Assembly: GCF_009914755.1 (NCBI RefSeq)
Contig: NC_060933.1
Strand: one strand, 5' to 3'
DNA from: the human T2T-CHM13v2.0 reference genome, Homo sapiens
Length of the DNA: 64,000 nucleotides
Shown here: positions 42,130 through 57,608 of the stretch, piece after piece
How the letters are laid out: the number at the start of each line of letters is the position of its first letter
Position numbering within the stretch: the stretch's first letter is position 1
Program-made: the position numbers and the translations under genes
The notes under the pieces: model-generated
Told to the model about the DNA's origin: nothing
The model's input: the letters and a program-made list of their open reading frames with translations, nothing else
Database searches by the model: none

Positions 42130-42800
42130 CATTTTTCTACCCCAATTCTGAGCCTCCAGCTTTGTTCCTGACTCAGAGGAGGGATTCCCCATCCATCCAG
42201 TGTCTGGGCCAGAAACCAGAGAGAAGAGATTCATTCTCCCTCTCCCCTCACAAGCATCAAGCCAGCCAAGTCCTATCCCTCCTGTCACTGCAGTTCACAC
42301 ACATCTCTGCCATCACTTGTCAGCTCATCATGGGTCACCTGAACTTCAACAGCCTCTTCACCAGTTTCCTGGCTCGCAACCTCCGCTTCCAATGTGTCCT
42401 TCATGTCATAGCCAAAACCCCCAAGCCTGTCCCTGGCTCACTCCCTCATTTCCTTCAAGTGTGTGTCCAAGTGTGCCCTTCTCAGGCAGGCCTCCCCCAA
42501 CCACTCTGCTTACAAGTGCAGCCCACAATCTTCCCAGCCCTCCAGAGCTCTCCCTGCTTCATTTTCTCCATAGCGCTCATCACCACTCATCACAGTATAG
42601 ATTTTACTCATTTATTTTGTTTATTTTCCATCTCCTGTCCTCTCATCCTCCACCTCCCATCAATAATGGCAGTTCACAAAGGCAGGTATTGTTGACAGTT
42701 TTGTGCACTGCTGACTCCTCCATCCTGGTGCAGAGTAAGTGCTCAATAAACACTGGCTAGGTGCATGAATGCATGAATGGGTGCATGAATGCATGAATGA
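42130..42800 (+). mobile_element. L2 fragments
   Basis: ctttattttctccatagc-like segment…agtaagtgctcaataaa…(tgcatgaa)n tail. Confidence 0.6.
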
Positions 42801-43879
42801 CTGGCTCTTCTCTGCCTGCAGAGTGAAGTCTAAACTCTCTGGCCTGGTCAAGCCCTTGACTTTGGGTCCCTCTCTGGCCCCATCTCAGACCACAGTCCTA
42901 TTTAAGCTCCAGCCACATTGCCCTGCCCACTAAGCCCTCCTGCTGTCTGATAGACAAAGACCCTAAGCCTTTGCATGAAACTGGCCTCTGCCTGGAACTT
43001 CATTCCTTCCACCTTGCCCCACCCTTCTGCTGGTTTGTGGGGCCCCCTTCACTAGGCTCCCATGACACCCTGTTTTTAACCCCTTTTGAAGCCCTTTTCA
43101 CGCTATATTACAATCGTCCTTGAACTCATCTCTAGCTGTTCTAAACTGCCAGCTCCACCAGGGCAGGAAGACCTTGCTCACACTGGGATTCTAAGCGCTG
43201 TTCACTGAGCACATCATAGCTGCACAGAAAGTATCTACTGAAAAACACGAGCAACCTTGAGAGTCTCCACTGCTTCAACCTGAAACAATGGCGATGCCAC
43301 TCCTGCAGGGTTGCCCGAGGATCAGAGATCACATACGATATGTACAACATCTGCCACCGTGCCTGGCACAGGGCAGGCATTTAACACCTAGCAGTTCAGT
43401 GCTAGCCTTTGATGCAACAGCGGGATCACAACGATTTAGGAAGATCTGCTGCCTTTGTTTAGAAGCCACCAGCTGAAGTCCTTCCATAATTTGTCATCTC
43501 TGGGGCCAGCCGGTAAGTGTTGGCCCCAGAAAAAATCCCTGTCCTTTCCTGTCTTATCCATCACATTTTGGCAGCATGCTCACTGAGCATAGAAAACGTC
43601 CAAGTTCACTTTCTTCTCAGAACTGACTGTATCTATAATCATCGTGTCACGGAACTGAGAACTTCCAGGGATTTCAAGGACCAACTGTGCTGATCCCTCA
43701 TTTTACACCTGAGGATACAGGCTCAGAGAGGTTGTCTAACTTGCTCATAGTCACTCAGCCAGATAGGAGTTTCCTTTATGCACAATTTCAATTCTCTCTG
43801 GTTGAACCTGTTGGACCCTAAAGGATTTGAGGGTTTAGTCTAAAATTCTCACCTGGGCTAAATCCTCACCATTATCATC

Positions 43880-44205
43880 ATATATATACGTGTGTGTATA
43901 TATATGATGATAATATATATACACATATATATGAGATATATATATCTTATATATCTCATATATATGAGATAATATCACTATAATATAAAACCTATATATA
44001 GGTTTTATATATAAATATATATTAAAAAAATATAAAAAATATATAAACTATATATGTAGTGATGATAATATCTATCAATTATGAAAGTTAAAAAGTCTCC
44101 TTTTACCTTTATATATATACATATATATACACACATACATATACATATATACACAGATATATATATACACACACATATATATACATATATACATATATAT
44201 ATATA
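43880..44205. repeat. (TA)n / (TATACA)n low-complexity tract
   Basis: Directly visible. Confidence 0.9.
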
Positions 44206-44263
44206 ATCTTCCAATCAGCAGCATCAAGTTCATTTTAGACATTGGAAACTCTTACTGGGAAAC

Positions 44264-44611
44264 TGTATTAGTCCATTTGCATGCTTCTGATAAAGGCATA
44301 CCTAAGACTGAGAGGAAAAATAGGTTTAATGGACTCACAATTCCACATGGGGGGGTGCTCACAATCATGGCGGAAGGCAAAAGGCACTTCTTAAGTGGTG
44401 GCAAGAGAGAATGAGAGTCAAATGAAAGGGGTTTCCCCTTATAAAACCATCAGATTTCGTGAAACTTATTCACTACCACAAGAACTGTATGGGGGAAACC
44501 GCCTCCATTATTCAATTATCTCCCACTGGGTCTCTCCCACAACACGTGGGAATTATGGGAGCTACAATTCAAGATGAGATTTGGGTGGGGACACAGAGCC
44601 AAACCATATCA
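44264..44611 (-). mobile_element. THE1 (THE1C-like) MaLR solo LTR
   Basis: tgtattagtccattt…ctcacaatcatggcggaaggcaaa…gagatttgggtggggacacagagccaaaccatatca. Confidence 0.92.
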
Positions 44612-45414
44612 AGAACCTTTTCTGCAACCCAAACAGAAGAAATTTTACTCTTACTGTCCCCCTGAATGAATGACCTGCCATCCACAGAGGGATGGCAATG
44701 TCCCGCCACATTCTCCATGGAAGAGAAGCTCCTCCCTGGAAAATACCTCTGCCTGCCCAGAAGTGAGGTCCCCTTTGTCGTGGCCACTGGCAGTACTGTT
44801 GCTGGACTGTTTTGAGTGGGGAAGGAGGCCGCTGTGGGAGCAGTGTCAGGTCTGGCAGTCAGGGGGTTGCAGAAGGATCAGGAAGGCCGTGAAGGGGGCC
44901 CCAGTTGGAAGTGAACCCAGAACTCCCCCTCACTGGGAAGGGAGCTCTGAGTCATCAACCACCACCTACAGACTAATTCACAACCTATGGTCCCAGAGGA
45001 AATCATTAGTTCTAAGTATTATTATTAGGCATAATAACTAATTAGTAAAAATAGCTACCATTTACCGAGTGCCAACTTATGCCTGATACTTAATGCATAT
45101 TATTTCTTTTTCCTATTTTATGCCTTTAAGTTTATTTCCTATTTTCCTAATTATAAAGTCAATATATGTTCATGTAAAAAAAATAGTTAAATATACCAAA
45201 AAGCAGACAAAGAGGGAAAAAAATCACAGTTTATTCCATTACGTACCTACGACCATTGTTAACATGTTGGTGTTTTATTTCCAGAATTTCTTCTCTGTCT
45301 GTCTGTCTCTCTAGCCTTCTCCATGCATGCATATGTGTGTGTGTGTGTGTGTGTGTGAGGGGGGCCATGTGAGATTTAACATAGTTGTGACCATGATTTT
45401 ACAAAAAATTACCT

Positions 45415-45560
45415 CTAACTTCTACAACAATCCTCTGAGTTAGGTACTATTATCCCCATTTTACAGATGAGAAACCTGAGGCTCAGAGAAGATGAATAAT
45501 TTGCCCAGTGTCCCACAGCAGGTCTATGGCGGGAGAGGGACTCATATCAAGTCTTTCTGT
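45415..45560 (-). mobile_element. MIR
   Basis: attatccccattttacagatgagaaacctgaggctcagaga. Confidence 0.8.
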
Positions 45561-46249
45561 TATCAAAACATGTCCTTTCCCCACTCTGCGATGTTCCTTC
45601 CCACTTAACAAGGAAGAACTGGGGATAGTTTAATTACCTCTACGTCTGCTATCCCATTCCTCTGCCTGTATCTGCTGGACCACACCCCACAGAGAGCTGT
45701 AGGTAAGGGAGACAAAGATTATCCCACTTACGTCTACTCAATGGGCAGTACCCAAGGATGGAAAGCTTTGAAAGCTTAAGCTTAGATGGAGACATTCTGT
45801 CAGAAACTGGAGGGAATCTGTTTTCTGTGCATACAGATATCTGGAAAGCTGAAATCAGAAAGCACAATGAACTATTCTTTGCAAGCTGTTTTGCATGAGA
45901 AAAATGTAAGTATCATCTGAAGAGCAACTGCAGGATGGCCTCCAAAGCTCTAAGGGGCTGGGCCACCACGAGCCACACCTGTGGGGAGGAAGTAATGAGC
46001 ACCTGGATTCCACGTTTCACCAAATGTTTGAGCAAAGCCATGGGTACTAAGTGTCTTCATGTTGGTACCAAGCAGATAAACATGTGACATCTCTCTCCTA
46101 TATGCCAAGCACTGGGCACGGGGTCTATAAAATAAATGAGACAGTGTCCCTGCCTGCAAGGAGCCTACAGCCTGGTGCAGGAGACCCCTAAAAGAAGAGA
46201 CTTATACCAGGATGTAGGAAGTGCTGAGATGGAGACACAGAAACCTTTC

Positions 46250-46897
46250 TGGAGAAATAGAAACGCTTTTACACTGTTGGTGGGAGTGTAAATTAGTTCA
46301 ACCATTGTGGAAGAAAGTGTGGCAATTCCTCAGGGATCTGGAACCAGAAATGCCATTTGATCCAGCAATCCCATTACTGGGTATATACCCGAAGGATTAT
46401 AAATCATTCTACTATAAAGACACATGCACACCACATAAGTTTATTGCAGCACTAGTCACAATAGCAAAGACTTGGAACCAACCCAAATTCCCATCAATGA
46501 TAGACTGGATAAAGAAAATGTTGCACATATACACCATGGAATACTATGCAGCCATAAAAAAGGGAAGAGTTCATGTCCTTTGCAGAGACATGGATGAAGC
46601 TGGAAACCATCATTCTCAGCAAACTAACACAGGAACAGAAAATCAAACACCACAAGTTCTCACTCATAAGTGGGAGTTGAAACAATGAGAACACATGGAC
46701 ACAAGGAGGGGAACATCACACACCAGGGCCTGTCAGGGGGTGGGGACTAGGGGAGGGATAGCATTAGGAGAAATACCTAATGTAGATGACAGGTTGATGG
46801 GTGCAGCAAACCACCATGGCACATTGTATACCTATGTAACAAACCTGCACCTTCTGCACGTGTATCCCAGAACTTAAAGTATAATTTTTTTTAAAAA
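46250..46897 (+). mobile_element. L1PA (about L1PA7-8) 5'-truncated 3' end
   Basis: ORF2 C-terminal peptide LLHCWWECKLVQPLWK…FDPAIPLLGIYPKDYKSFYYKDTCT, 3'UTR G-rich tract, and agaacttaaagtataat end. Confidence 0.93.
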
Positions 46898-47239
46898 GGG
46901 TTAAAAAATTGGACCCTCAAGGTCCAATCCCTAAAAACGTTAAGATGGGAGAATTCATGGTTGAGAAGAAAAGTCAGCGGGGGTCGGGGAGGTGGGACCA
47001 ACGACAGGAATAAACTGATTAAAGCCTTTTTAGCCACGTCCTATGCTCGTTTAAATGAAAAGATAAAGACAGGGGACTAAATAAAGATATATCTTTATCT
47101 TACATGTCTTAAATGTAGTAACAATGAGCTTCCACACTTCACTCCCTACAGAGTTTTCAGAATCCTTCTCTCTTTCATCTTGAAAAGATGTCTGGAACGT
47201 TTTGCTTTGCTGCAGATAATGTTCACAATGAACCTCATT

Positions 47240-49236
47240 TGTGTGTGTGTGTCTGTGTGAGCTATGTTTGTGTGTGTTTGTGTAGCTGTGTTTGTGTATG
47301 TGAGTGTGTGCACAGAGTTGTGTTTGTGTGGCTGTGTGCGTGTGTATTGTGTGATGTGTGGTTGTATGATTGTGTGTTTGTGTGACTGTGTGTGCATGAG
47401 TGTGTGCTGCGTGTGTGTCTGTGCACGTTTGTGTGGTTGTGTAAATGTGTGGTTGTATGAGTGTTAGTGTGTGTGGTTGTGTGTAGTTTTGTGTTTGTAT
47501 GACTGTGACTGTGACTGTGTGTTTCGTTGTACATATGTGTGTGTCTGTGTGGTTGTGTGTTTGTGTGACTGTGTGTGGTTGTGTATGTGTGTCTGTGTGA
47601 ACATGTGGTCATGTGTGCTTATGAGTGTGTGTGTATGTGTGGTTGTGTGTGTTTATGTGTGTCTGTGTGAATGTGTGATTGTGTGGGTTTGTGTGACTGT
47701 GTGTGATTGTATCTGTGTGCGTCCGTGTGTGTGGTTGTGTGTTATTGTGTGTGTCCGTAAGTGTGGTTGTGTGGGTTTGTGTGACTGTGATTGTATCTGT
47801 GTGTGTCCGTGTGTGTGGTTGCGTTTGTGAGTGTGTCTGTGTGTATGTGTGGGTGTGTGTGGATGTGTTTGTGTGTGTGTGAATGTGTGGGTGTGTGTTT
47901 GTGTGTCTGTGGGTGTGTGTTTGTGTGTCTGTGGATGTGTGGGTGTGTTTTGTGTTTTTGTGTGTGTGGATGTGCGGGTGTGTTTTGTGTGTCTGTGTGT
48001 GGATGTGTGGGTGTGTTTCGTGTGTTTGTGTATCTGTGGATGTGTGGGTGTGTTTTGTGTGTGTGGATGTGCGGGTGTGTTTTGTGTGTCTGTGTGTGGA
48101 TGTGTGGGTATGTTTTGTGTGTTTGTGTATCTGTGTATGTGTGGGTGTGTTTTGTGTGTTTCTGAGTGTGTGTCTGTGTGGATGTGTGGGTGTGTGTGTC
48201 TGTGTGGGGGTGTTTTGTGCAGTGGTGTGTCTGTGTGTGGATGTGTGGGTGTGTTTTATATGTTTGTGAGTGTGTATGTGTGGGTGTGTTTTGTGTGTGG
48301 GTGTGTGTCTGTGCTTATGTGTGGGTGTGTCTGTGTGTGTGGATGTGTGGGTGTGTTTGTGTGTTTGTGGATGTGTGGGTGTGTTTTTTGTGTTTGTGTG
48401 TAGATGTGTGGGTGTGTGTATATGTGGGTGTGTTTTGTGTTTGTGAGTGTGTGTAGATATGTGGATGTGTTTTGTGTGTGTGGATGTTTTGTGTGTGTGT
48501 ATGTGTGGGTGTTTGTGTGTGCGAATGCGGTTGTATGGGTTTGTGTGACTGTGTGTGATGTGTGTGTTCATTTGTGTGTGTGTGTGGATGTGTGGGTGTG
48601 GGTGTGGATGTGTAGGTGTGTTGTGTTTGTGGGTGTGTTTGTGTGTATGTGTGGGTGTATTTGTGTGTCTGTGTAGATGGGTGGCTGTGGGTGTGTGTGG
48701 CTGTGTGGGTGTGTTTTGTGTGTGTCTGTGTGGATGTGTGGGTGTGTGTGTTTGTGTCTGTGTGTGTTTGTGTCTGTGTGTGGATGTGTGGGTGTAGTGT
48801 TTGTGAGTGTGAGTCTGTGTCGTGTGCTTTGTGTGTTTGTGTGGATGTGTGGGTGTGTTTGTGTGTGGATGTGTGTGTTTTGTGTTAGTGTGTGGGTGTG
48901 TGTGTGTCTGTGGATGTGCGGGTGTTTTGTGTGTTTGTGTATGTGTGTATGTGTGGTTGTGTGTATGAATGTGTTGTGTGGGTTTGTGTGACTGTGTGTC
49001 ATTGTATCTGTGTGTGTCCATTTGTGTGGATGTGTGGGTGTGTCTGTGTGGGTGTGTTTGTGTGGGTGTGGGTGTGTGGGTGTGGGTGTGTGTGGTGGGT
49101 GTTTTGTGTGAGTGTGTATGTGTGGTTGTGTGTGTGTATGAATGTGTGGTTGTGTACATTTGTGTGGCTGTGTGTCATTTTATCTGTGTGTGTCCGTTTG
49201 GTTGTGTGTGTTTGTGTGTGTTTTTGAGTGTGTGTG
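47240..49236. repeat. ~2-kb degenerate (TG)-rich tandem/low-complexity tract
   Basis: Almost entirely T/G on the + strand, with recurring units such as ggatgtgtgggtgtgttttgtgtg and gtgggtttgtgtgactgtg. Confidence 0.97.
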
Positions 49237-49579
49237 CTCCGCCATCTACAGGTTCTGTTATCTCTAACTGAGTAAGCAGGAGCCGTTAAATTCTGCCTCT
49301 GGCTCCCACCCAAGACACGGAATGCTGGGAATGGTTCCACCTTGGTCCAGCGCAGCAGATTAATCTAGAAAGAATAGACACATTTCTTACGGCGCCCACC
49401 ACGGGCTCCCCTTTCCGGGGCTAGGTGGCTTTAGCCTAGAGTTCCCAACTGTGGGCCAGGAACCCACCCCTCAGCCCTTCACTTTTAGTCATCTTCCTCT
49501 TAACACTCCTGGAGGTCAGTTCCACAGCCCCAGCTGCTGCCCTCAGCTCTCCCATCTCACACACAGTCTTGGTGCCCAA

Positions 49580-50060
49580 CCTCTTCGGTGTCACTTTCTC
49601 TCCTACCTCTTCCCTCTCATGTCTCGACTCCAAGGCCCTCTTTCTCCTGGAAATCGGGACATGATTCGGAACTCACACTTCTCCCGGGTCGGGACATAAG
49701 TCAGGACTCACACTTCTGGGTCCGAGGTTGCATAGATGGGCGTGCAGGAGGCCATCTGCAGGTGCCTGAACTTCAGTGCGGGGTCCTGGCGGCGGGGCGG
49801 CAGGGATGACTACGCAGACCCTGGCCCTGAGGCGGGAGGAAGCACCTCCTTCACCCGCCGCAAGAGGAACAGGCTGTTCCAGCCGAGATCATTTCGGAAA
49901 CGATGCTGCGGCTAGCCTGGGAATGGGGATCTGTTTGTGGGTGTCATGGCCATCCCACGCCAAAAGAAAAACGCGTACAGGGATCCGAGGCACGAACCAG
50001 CCGCGCACTACAGACCACGCCTCGAGTCAGCTGTAGGTCTTTTCCTTATGACCGCTTCCC
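49580..50060. promoter_or_regulatory. Orphan CpG-island-like segment / candidate regulatory element
   Basis: About 30 CpGs in ~480 bp by manual count, a GC box (ggggcgg ~49793-49800), and no recognisable repeat. Confidence 0.5.
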
Positions 50061-50729
50061 AAACTGGCTCTGCAAAGTCAGTGTCAACCAATCACCTATT
50101 CCACAAATTTGATTCAGGCCACATTAATTTGCGTTTGACCTAACAGTCTAGCAGTCAATAGACTTATTAAGGAAACCTGAATGACTAAGAATGTCAGCCA
50201 GCCAGCCATGCACACACAGGAAAAGATCAAAAGGGGGACCTTTGTGAGAGAAGGCATGGCTCACCCCCACACAGAGGCTATGTGCTTGCAGTAGTTTTTT
50301 TCCAGTTATGAAAAAATAAAACCATACTGGTTTTCCACAGCGGATATCCACTGGGTGCTTTTAGACCTCATAACAAGCCTGCCAGGCAGGACACAGGCCC
50401 AGAGAGGTTAAGCACCTCACTCGAGATCACACAGCTAGCACGCGGTAGAACTGAGGCTCAAACCTGAGCAGCCTGAGCCGCTCTTCGTTGTTGCCTCTTC
50501 TGGGGGCTGCGGTCATTCTTCAGGCCCTGGCTTCGGCTCATTTTTCTCTCTCTTCTCTCCAGATACTCAGCCTCATCAGTGCTCCGGCCATCATCTCTGC
50601 GATGACTCCAGATTGATCTAATTTTCCCTTCTCACCAGGATTCCAGCCCACTCTGCAAGTCCCTGCTGAATGTCGACTCTTGGCTACCCCGCATCCCACA
50701 AGCCCACCTTCCCAGGCATTTCCCTCCAG

Positions 50730-50730
<1 letters not shown>

Positions 50731-50779
<49 letters not shown>

Positions 50780-50790
50780 GCGCGCGCGCG
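50731..50790. repeat. Compound microsatellite (CA)23(CG)7
   Basis: Directly counted. Confidence 0.97.
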
Positions 50791-50924
50791 AAGTCTCCAA
50801 CTGCCCCGGGAGGGTGTTCTCAATTGCAGGAGAGCCCTTAAAGGCCACCTCCTCAGGGAAGCTTTCTCTGCCCATGTCTCCATTCTGATGCATCCCTGGG
50901 TACTCAGTTTCCCCTTGGTCCTGA

Positions 50925-51353
<429 letters not shown>

Positions 51354-52481
51354 CCATTCTTCCATTCTTAAAACCTGCTGTCACCACCCCCACCCCCACA
51401 GAGAGAAAAGCTGGGACGCTAGAAAGGGAGAGACGGTGCTTGGGAAAAAGGAGGCTGGGGAGCCCTGTTCTCAAGTGAGGGGCCAGGAGGCACTGCTGCT
51501 GCCTCTTTGGCCCTGAAAAGGGGATGTGGGGGCTTCAGGCAGATGGGGTAACCCCACTGGCTGCAATAGGGATAGCAGAGGTGGCTGAAGTGGAACAGGG
51601 AGCCAGGACAGGAAACCATAGGCCCAAGGGAATGACAGGCCTGAGAGGGTGGGGCAGGGCCAGGCCTGGAAGGCAAAATGGCTGCCAGTGTGGGGGCTCT
51701 GGCAATGCAGGGTCCTAACGCTCCCACCACAGAGCAACCCAAGGTCAAGTGCTTGATGGCCGTGTGTCCACCGATGGGCCAGGCACGGTGGGCTCCCTGG
51801 GCATGGCACTTAATGGGAGCAGGTCATTCTGGCCATCTCCATCAGTGCAGCAGCATGATCACCACTCACTGCAGCCTCAAACCTCTGGGATCAAGCGATC
51901 CTCTTGCCTCAGCCTCCTGAGTGGCTAAGACTACAGCCACATACATGGTTTAGACTTCACGCAACACATCCACGTGTGCAGCTGAGGAATGTGGTGAGAT
52001 GCATGTCTGGCCAGCTGCTGGGCAGGGAAGGAGCCATAAGCACCCTCTCCTTGTCCTCATGCCTGCTTCTGTTGCTGGGTGCCCTTCTTCTTTGCCTGGC
52101 TCCTGATAACTCGGGAAATCTTGGCATTGCAGAGGGGCCCTCTCCTGCTCCATCAGCCCCTGTGCTCATCAGACCTGAGCCCCTGTCAGGGGCCATGCTG
52201 TGTCAATGAGCTGCTTACATCACCTCCTCCCTGGGCCCCTCTGCTCCAGCTCTGCTGGCCACCTTGCAGCTCCTTGAACTTGCCAGGCACAACTCCGTCT
52301 CAAGGCCTCTGCACTTGATGGCTGCCCTGCCTGGAGAGCTCTTCCTCCCTCAGCTTGCTCCCTCTATCCTCTGCGTGTTTACTCAACACCGCCTTCTCAA
52401 TAAGCCCTGCCCTAAACACTCTTTATGCACTTCTCTGCTTTATTTTTTCTGTCTTAATACTTATCACCTATTAATTCACTC

Positions 52482-52512
52482 TGTGTGTGTGTGTATGTGT
52501 GTGTGTGTGTAT

Positions 52513-52551
<39 letters not shown>
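52482..52551. repeat. (TG)n(TA)n(CA)n compound microsatellite at an Alu tail
   Basis: Directly visible. Confidence 0.95.
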
Positions 52552-52853
<302 letters not shown>

Positions 52854-53339
52854 TAATTTTTTCCTCCATTTTCTCCCTTCTTCTATCCCACCACCACTAG
52901 AACGTAAGCTCCATGACATTTGGGTTTTTGTCTGTTTCATTCTCTGCTACATTCCCAGTGACTAAAGACAGTGCCACGTGCATATCACATGCTTGGTAAA
53001 CACATGTTGAATGACTAAATTTAAAAATTACCCTTCCAAATGTCTCTTAGGAGTTTTACATTGTATCTTATTTAACTCTGTCAATAACCCTATGCAGTAG
53101 ACACTATTTCCCCCACTTTATGGAGGAAGAAACAGTAGCCAATGAGTGACAAGAATGGCTCAAAAAGTACTTATGCCTAGTAAGTGAGATTTGAAACCAG
53201 GACAGCCTCTCTAATGCCTGTGTTTATTACACTCTCCACATCACACAAGGGTGTCTCCTAACAGTCCCAATGGCCTCTGGACCTAAATTTAGCATTTAAC
53301 TAGAGCATCTTGCCTTTAGTGAGGGTCTGTTGCTCCTAG

Positions 53340-55160
<1,821 letters not shown>

Positions 55161-56559
55161 ACACAGAAGATCTATTGTGTGATCACACAAAAATTACTTT
55201 CATTGCTTTTCTCTCTTTATAAAAATAATATATATCCTCTATAAAGAAAAAATAAAACCATGGGCAATCAAGATGAAAATAAAAACCATTTCTCATCCTA
55301 CAGCCCAGAAGCAACCAGTGAACACTTTGGTGCCTATCCTTCCTTATCTATATAAAATAGATCCTCCGTATTTGTTATTTTGAAAGCTTTTTCCTCCACC
55401 CAAACTATGATGAACATATTTTCCTGGACTTCACTATTCTTTAAGAACATCCTTTTAAGTTACCAGAGTGCACAGGTGTGCCATGATGGAGGTGGTTTTG
55501 AATAAAAGTCTGCCTGACTCCTGAGTTCTTACTTTTTCCATTGTTCTGTGCGAGGCATTTCCCTCTAAGCATTAGCTAAACCAGAGTAGTTAGGAACCTT
55601 GGAGAAAAAGATGTTTCTCACAGACTGTTTCAATTCCCTGTGTCCCACTTTAGGCTTAGTGTGTCTTTAATTGTGTGCAGCTGGGTTTATGCTTGATCTG
55701 TTTAGCCTGGAGTTTCTACCGAGTTGTTTTTTTTTTTAAAGGTCCTTAATGGGATGTTGACGGGTTTATCTCACTCTCCTTTTTCGTGCCTGTACTGAGT
55801 TTGAGTAAGTCATCAGCAAGCCCTCCATTTATGTGTTTTTAGTGGAGTCCAGATGCTTCTTTTCTGACGCAGATGGGAGTTAAACAGCAGACCCAGGGCC
55901 ACAGGAATGGTCAGTGGCCACAGGAATGGTCAGCCATGCCATTCTCTGTGGACTTCTAGTTCGTCATTGTAACACGTGTTGGGAAACTCTAGAGCCTTTT
56001 CTGCTCTGACATTCAGCAAGCATTTTCTCTCTCTCACAGAGTCACAGGTTATCAGATGGGGGATATCTGCAGGTTCTACACTATAGACTATATCATCTAC
56101 CCCTGGGACTCTTATCTCAAATGAGCCCAGCTGCTTGGGGGCTTTCCTATGACTACTGTAACCACATTTCCTTATCCAGAAGTTCAGACACATTCTCTGA
56201 TGGCCTCGGTCCAAAGGTAATAGTAACAATGGGCCAACTCTCAGAGGCCTGCAATGTACCTGAAACTGCACTGTATTTCACATAGATCCTCTAATCCTCA
56301 TACCACGCCTGCAATGCAACAGGCTCCCTATTTTACAGACAGAAAAACTAAAGATTAAAGAGAGGAGCTTGCCCAGCATCACAACAAATAGGAGAGTCAG
56401 GATTGGAGCCCGAGTCCCACTCTTTCCATCCTGCCGTACTGCTTTTTGCTCTTGGGTTTTTTAGAACACAGAAATTCTGAGGGCATGGGAAGAACACTTA
56501 GCTAAATCTTTGGCAGTCCCCAGGGCTTGGCTGAAAAGTACCTATCATATGTATGGCAA

Positions 56560-56750
56560 AGCTGGATGGCACTGGTAAAAGCAGCACCTGTTTTAAACTC
56601 AAAACTGGGTTCACATCCCAACTCTGTCACTGAGATGCTGTGTGACTTGGGCAAGTTCACTTAACTCTTCAGATCTTCTGTTTTCTTATCCTTAAAATGA
56701 AGGTAATACCTCCCTTGTAAGGTTGTTGTGAAGATTAGGTGAGATTTTAT
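56560..56750 (+). mobile_element. MIR
   Basis: ctgggttcacatcccaactctgtcact…gctgtgtgacttgggcaagttcacttaac…ggttgttgtgaagatta. Confidence 0.8.
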
Positions 56751-57167
56751 ATAAATATATACATGTAACGTATGAATATGAGATTACATGTATTTATTTT
56801 TATGCACATTATTTTTTATAAAATGTTTTAAACACTCATTTTACACACACAGATATCCCATAGGCGCCCAGTGGCTGGTATAAGGCAGTCACCAACCTCT
56901 CTGGTTCTGCCACGTCTATACTTCGTGAATCTGTCAGTAAAAGCAAATCGGATGGTACAATTAAAAGGATTAGGTAAATGTAAAGTATTGAAAGAAAATA
57001 TTGAGGTGTATCTTTTCTTCTGTGCTTTGAATGGAGTGACATTTATCTTGTTATTTTATAGCTGGGAGTTTGCAGGGTTTTCCAGCTCAGCTCAGGGATA
57101 CCAAATACAACGTGGGTTAAATATACAAGCCAACTCAGCTTCATGCCCGGGCTAAGCCTGTCCATGA

Positions 57168-57608
<441 letters not shown>

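Noticed and set aside
42162-42760. 177-aa and 186-aa overlapping ORFs
   Set aside because: They lie in L2-derived pyrimidine-rich sequence with no recognisable domain.
42761-42800. Four TGCATG (RBFOX) motifs
   Set aside because: They are on the strand antisense to TTLL11, derive from an L2 tail repeat and are far from any exon.
46221-46688. 155-aa ORF
   Set aside because: Frameshifted L1 ORF2 C-terminal remnant.
47609-49159. 516-aa His/Thr-rich ORF and the overlapping Val/Cys-rich ORFs
   Set aside because: Artefact of the TG/CA tract, which rarely generates stop codons. There is no splice or promoter context.
47240-49236. Resemblance to yeast TG1-3 telomeric repeats or an interstitial telomere
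   Set aside because: No TTAGGG arrays; the similarity is compositional only.
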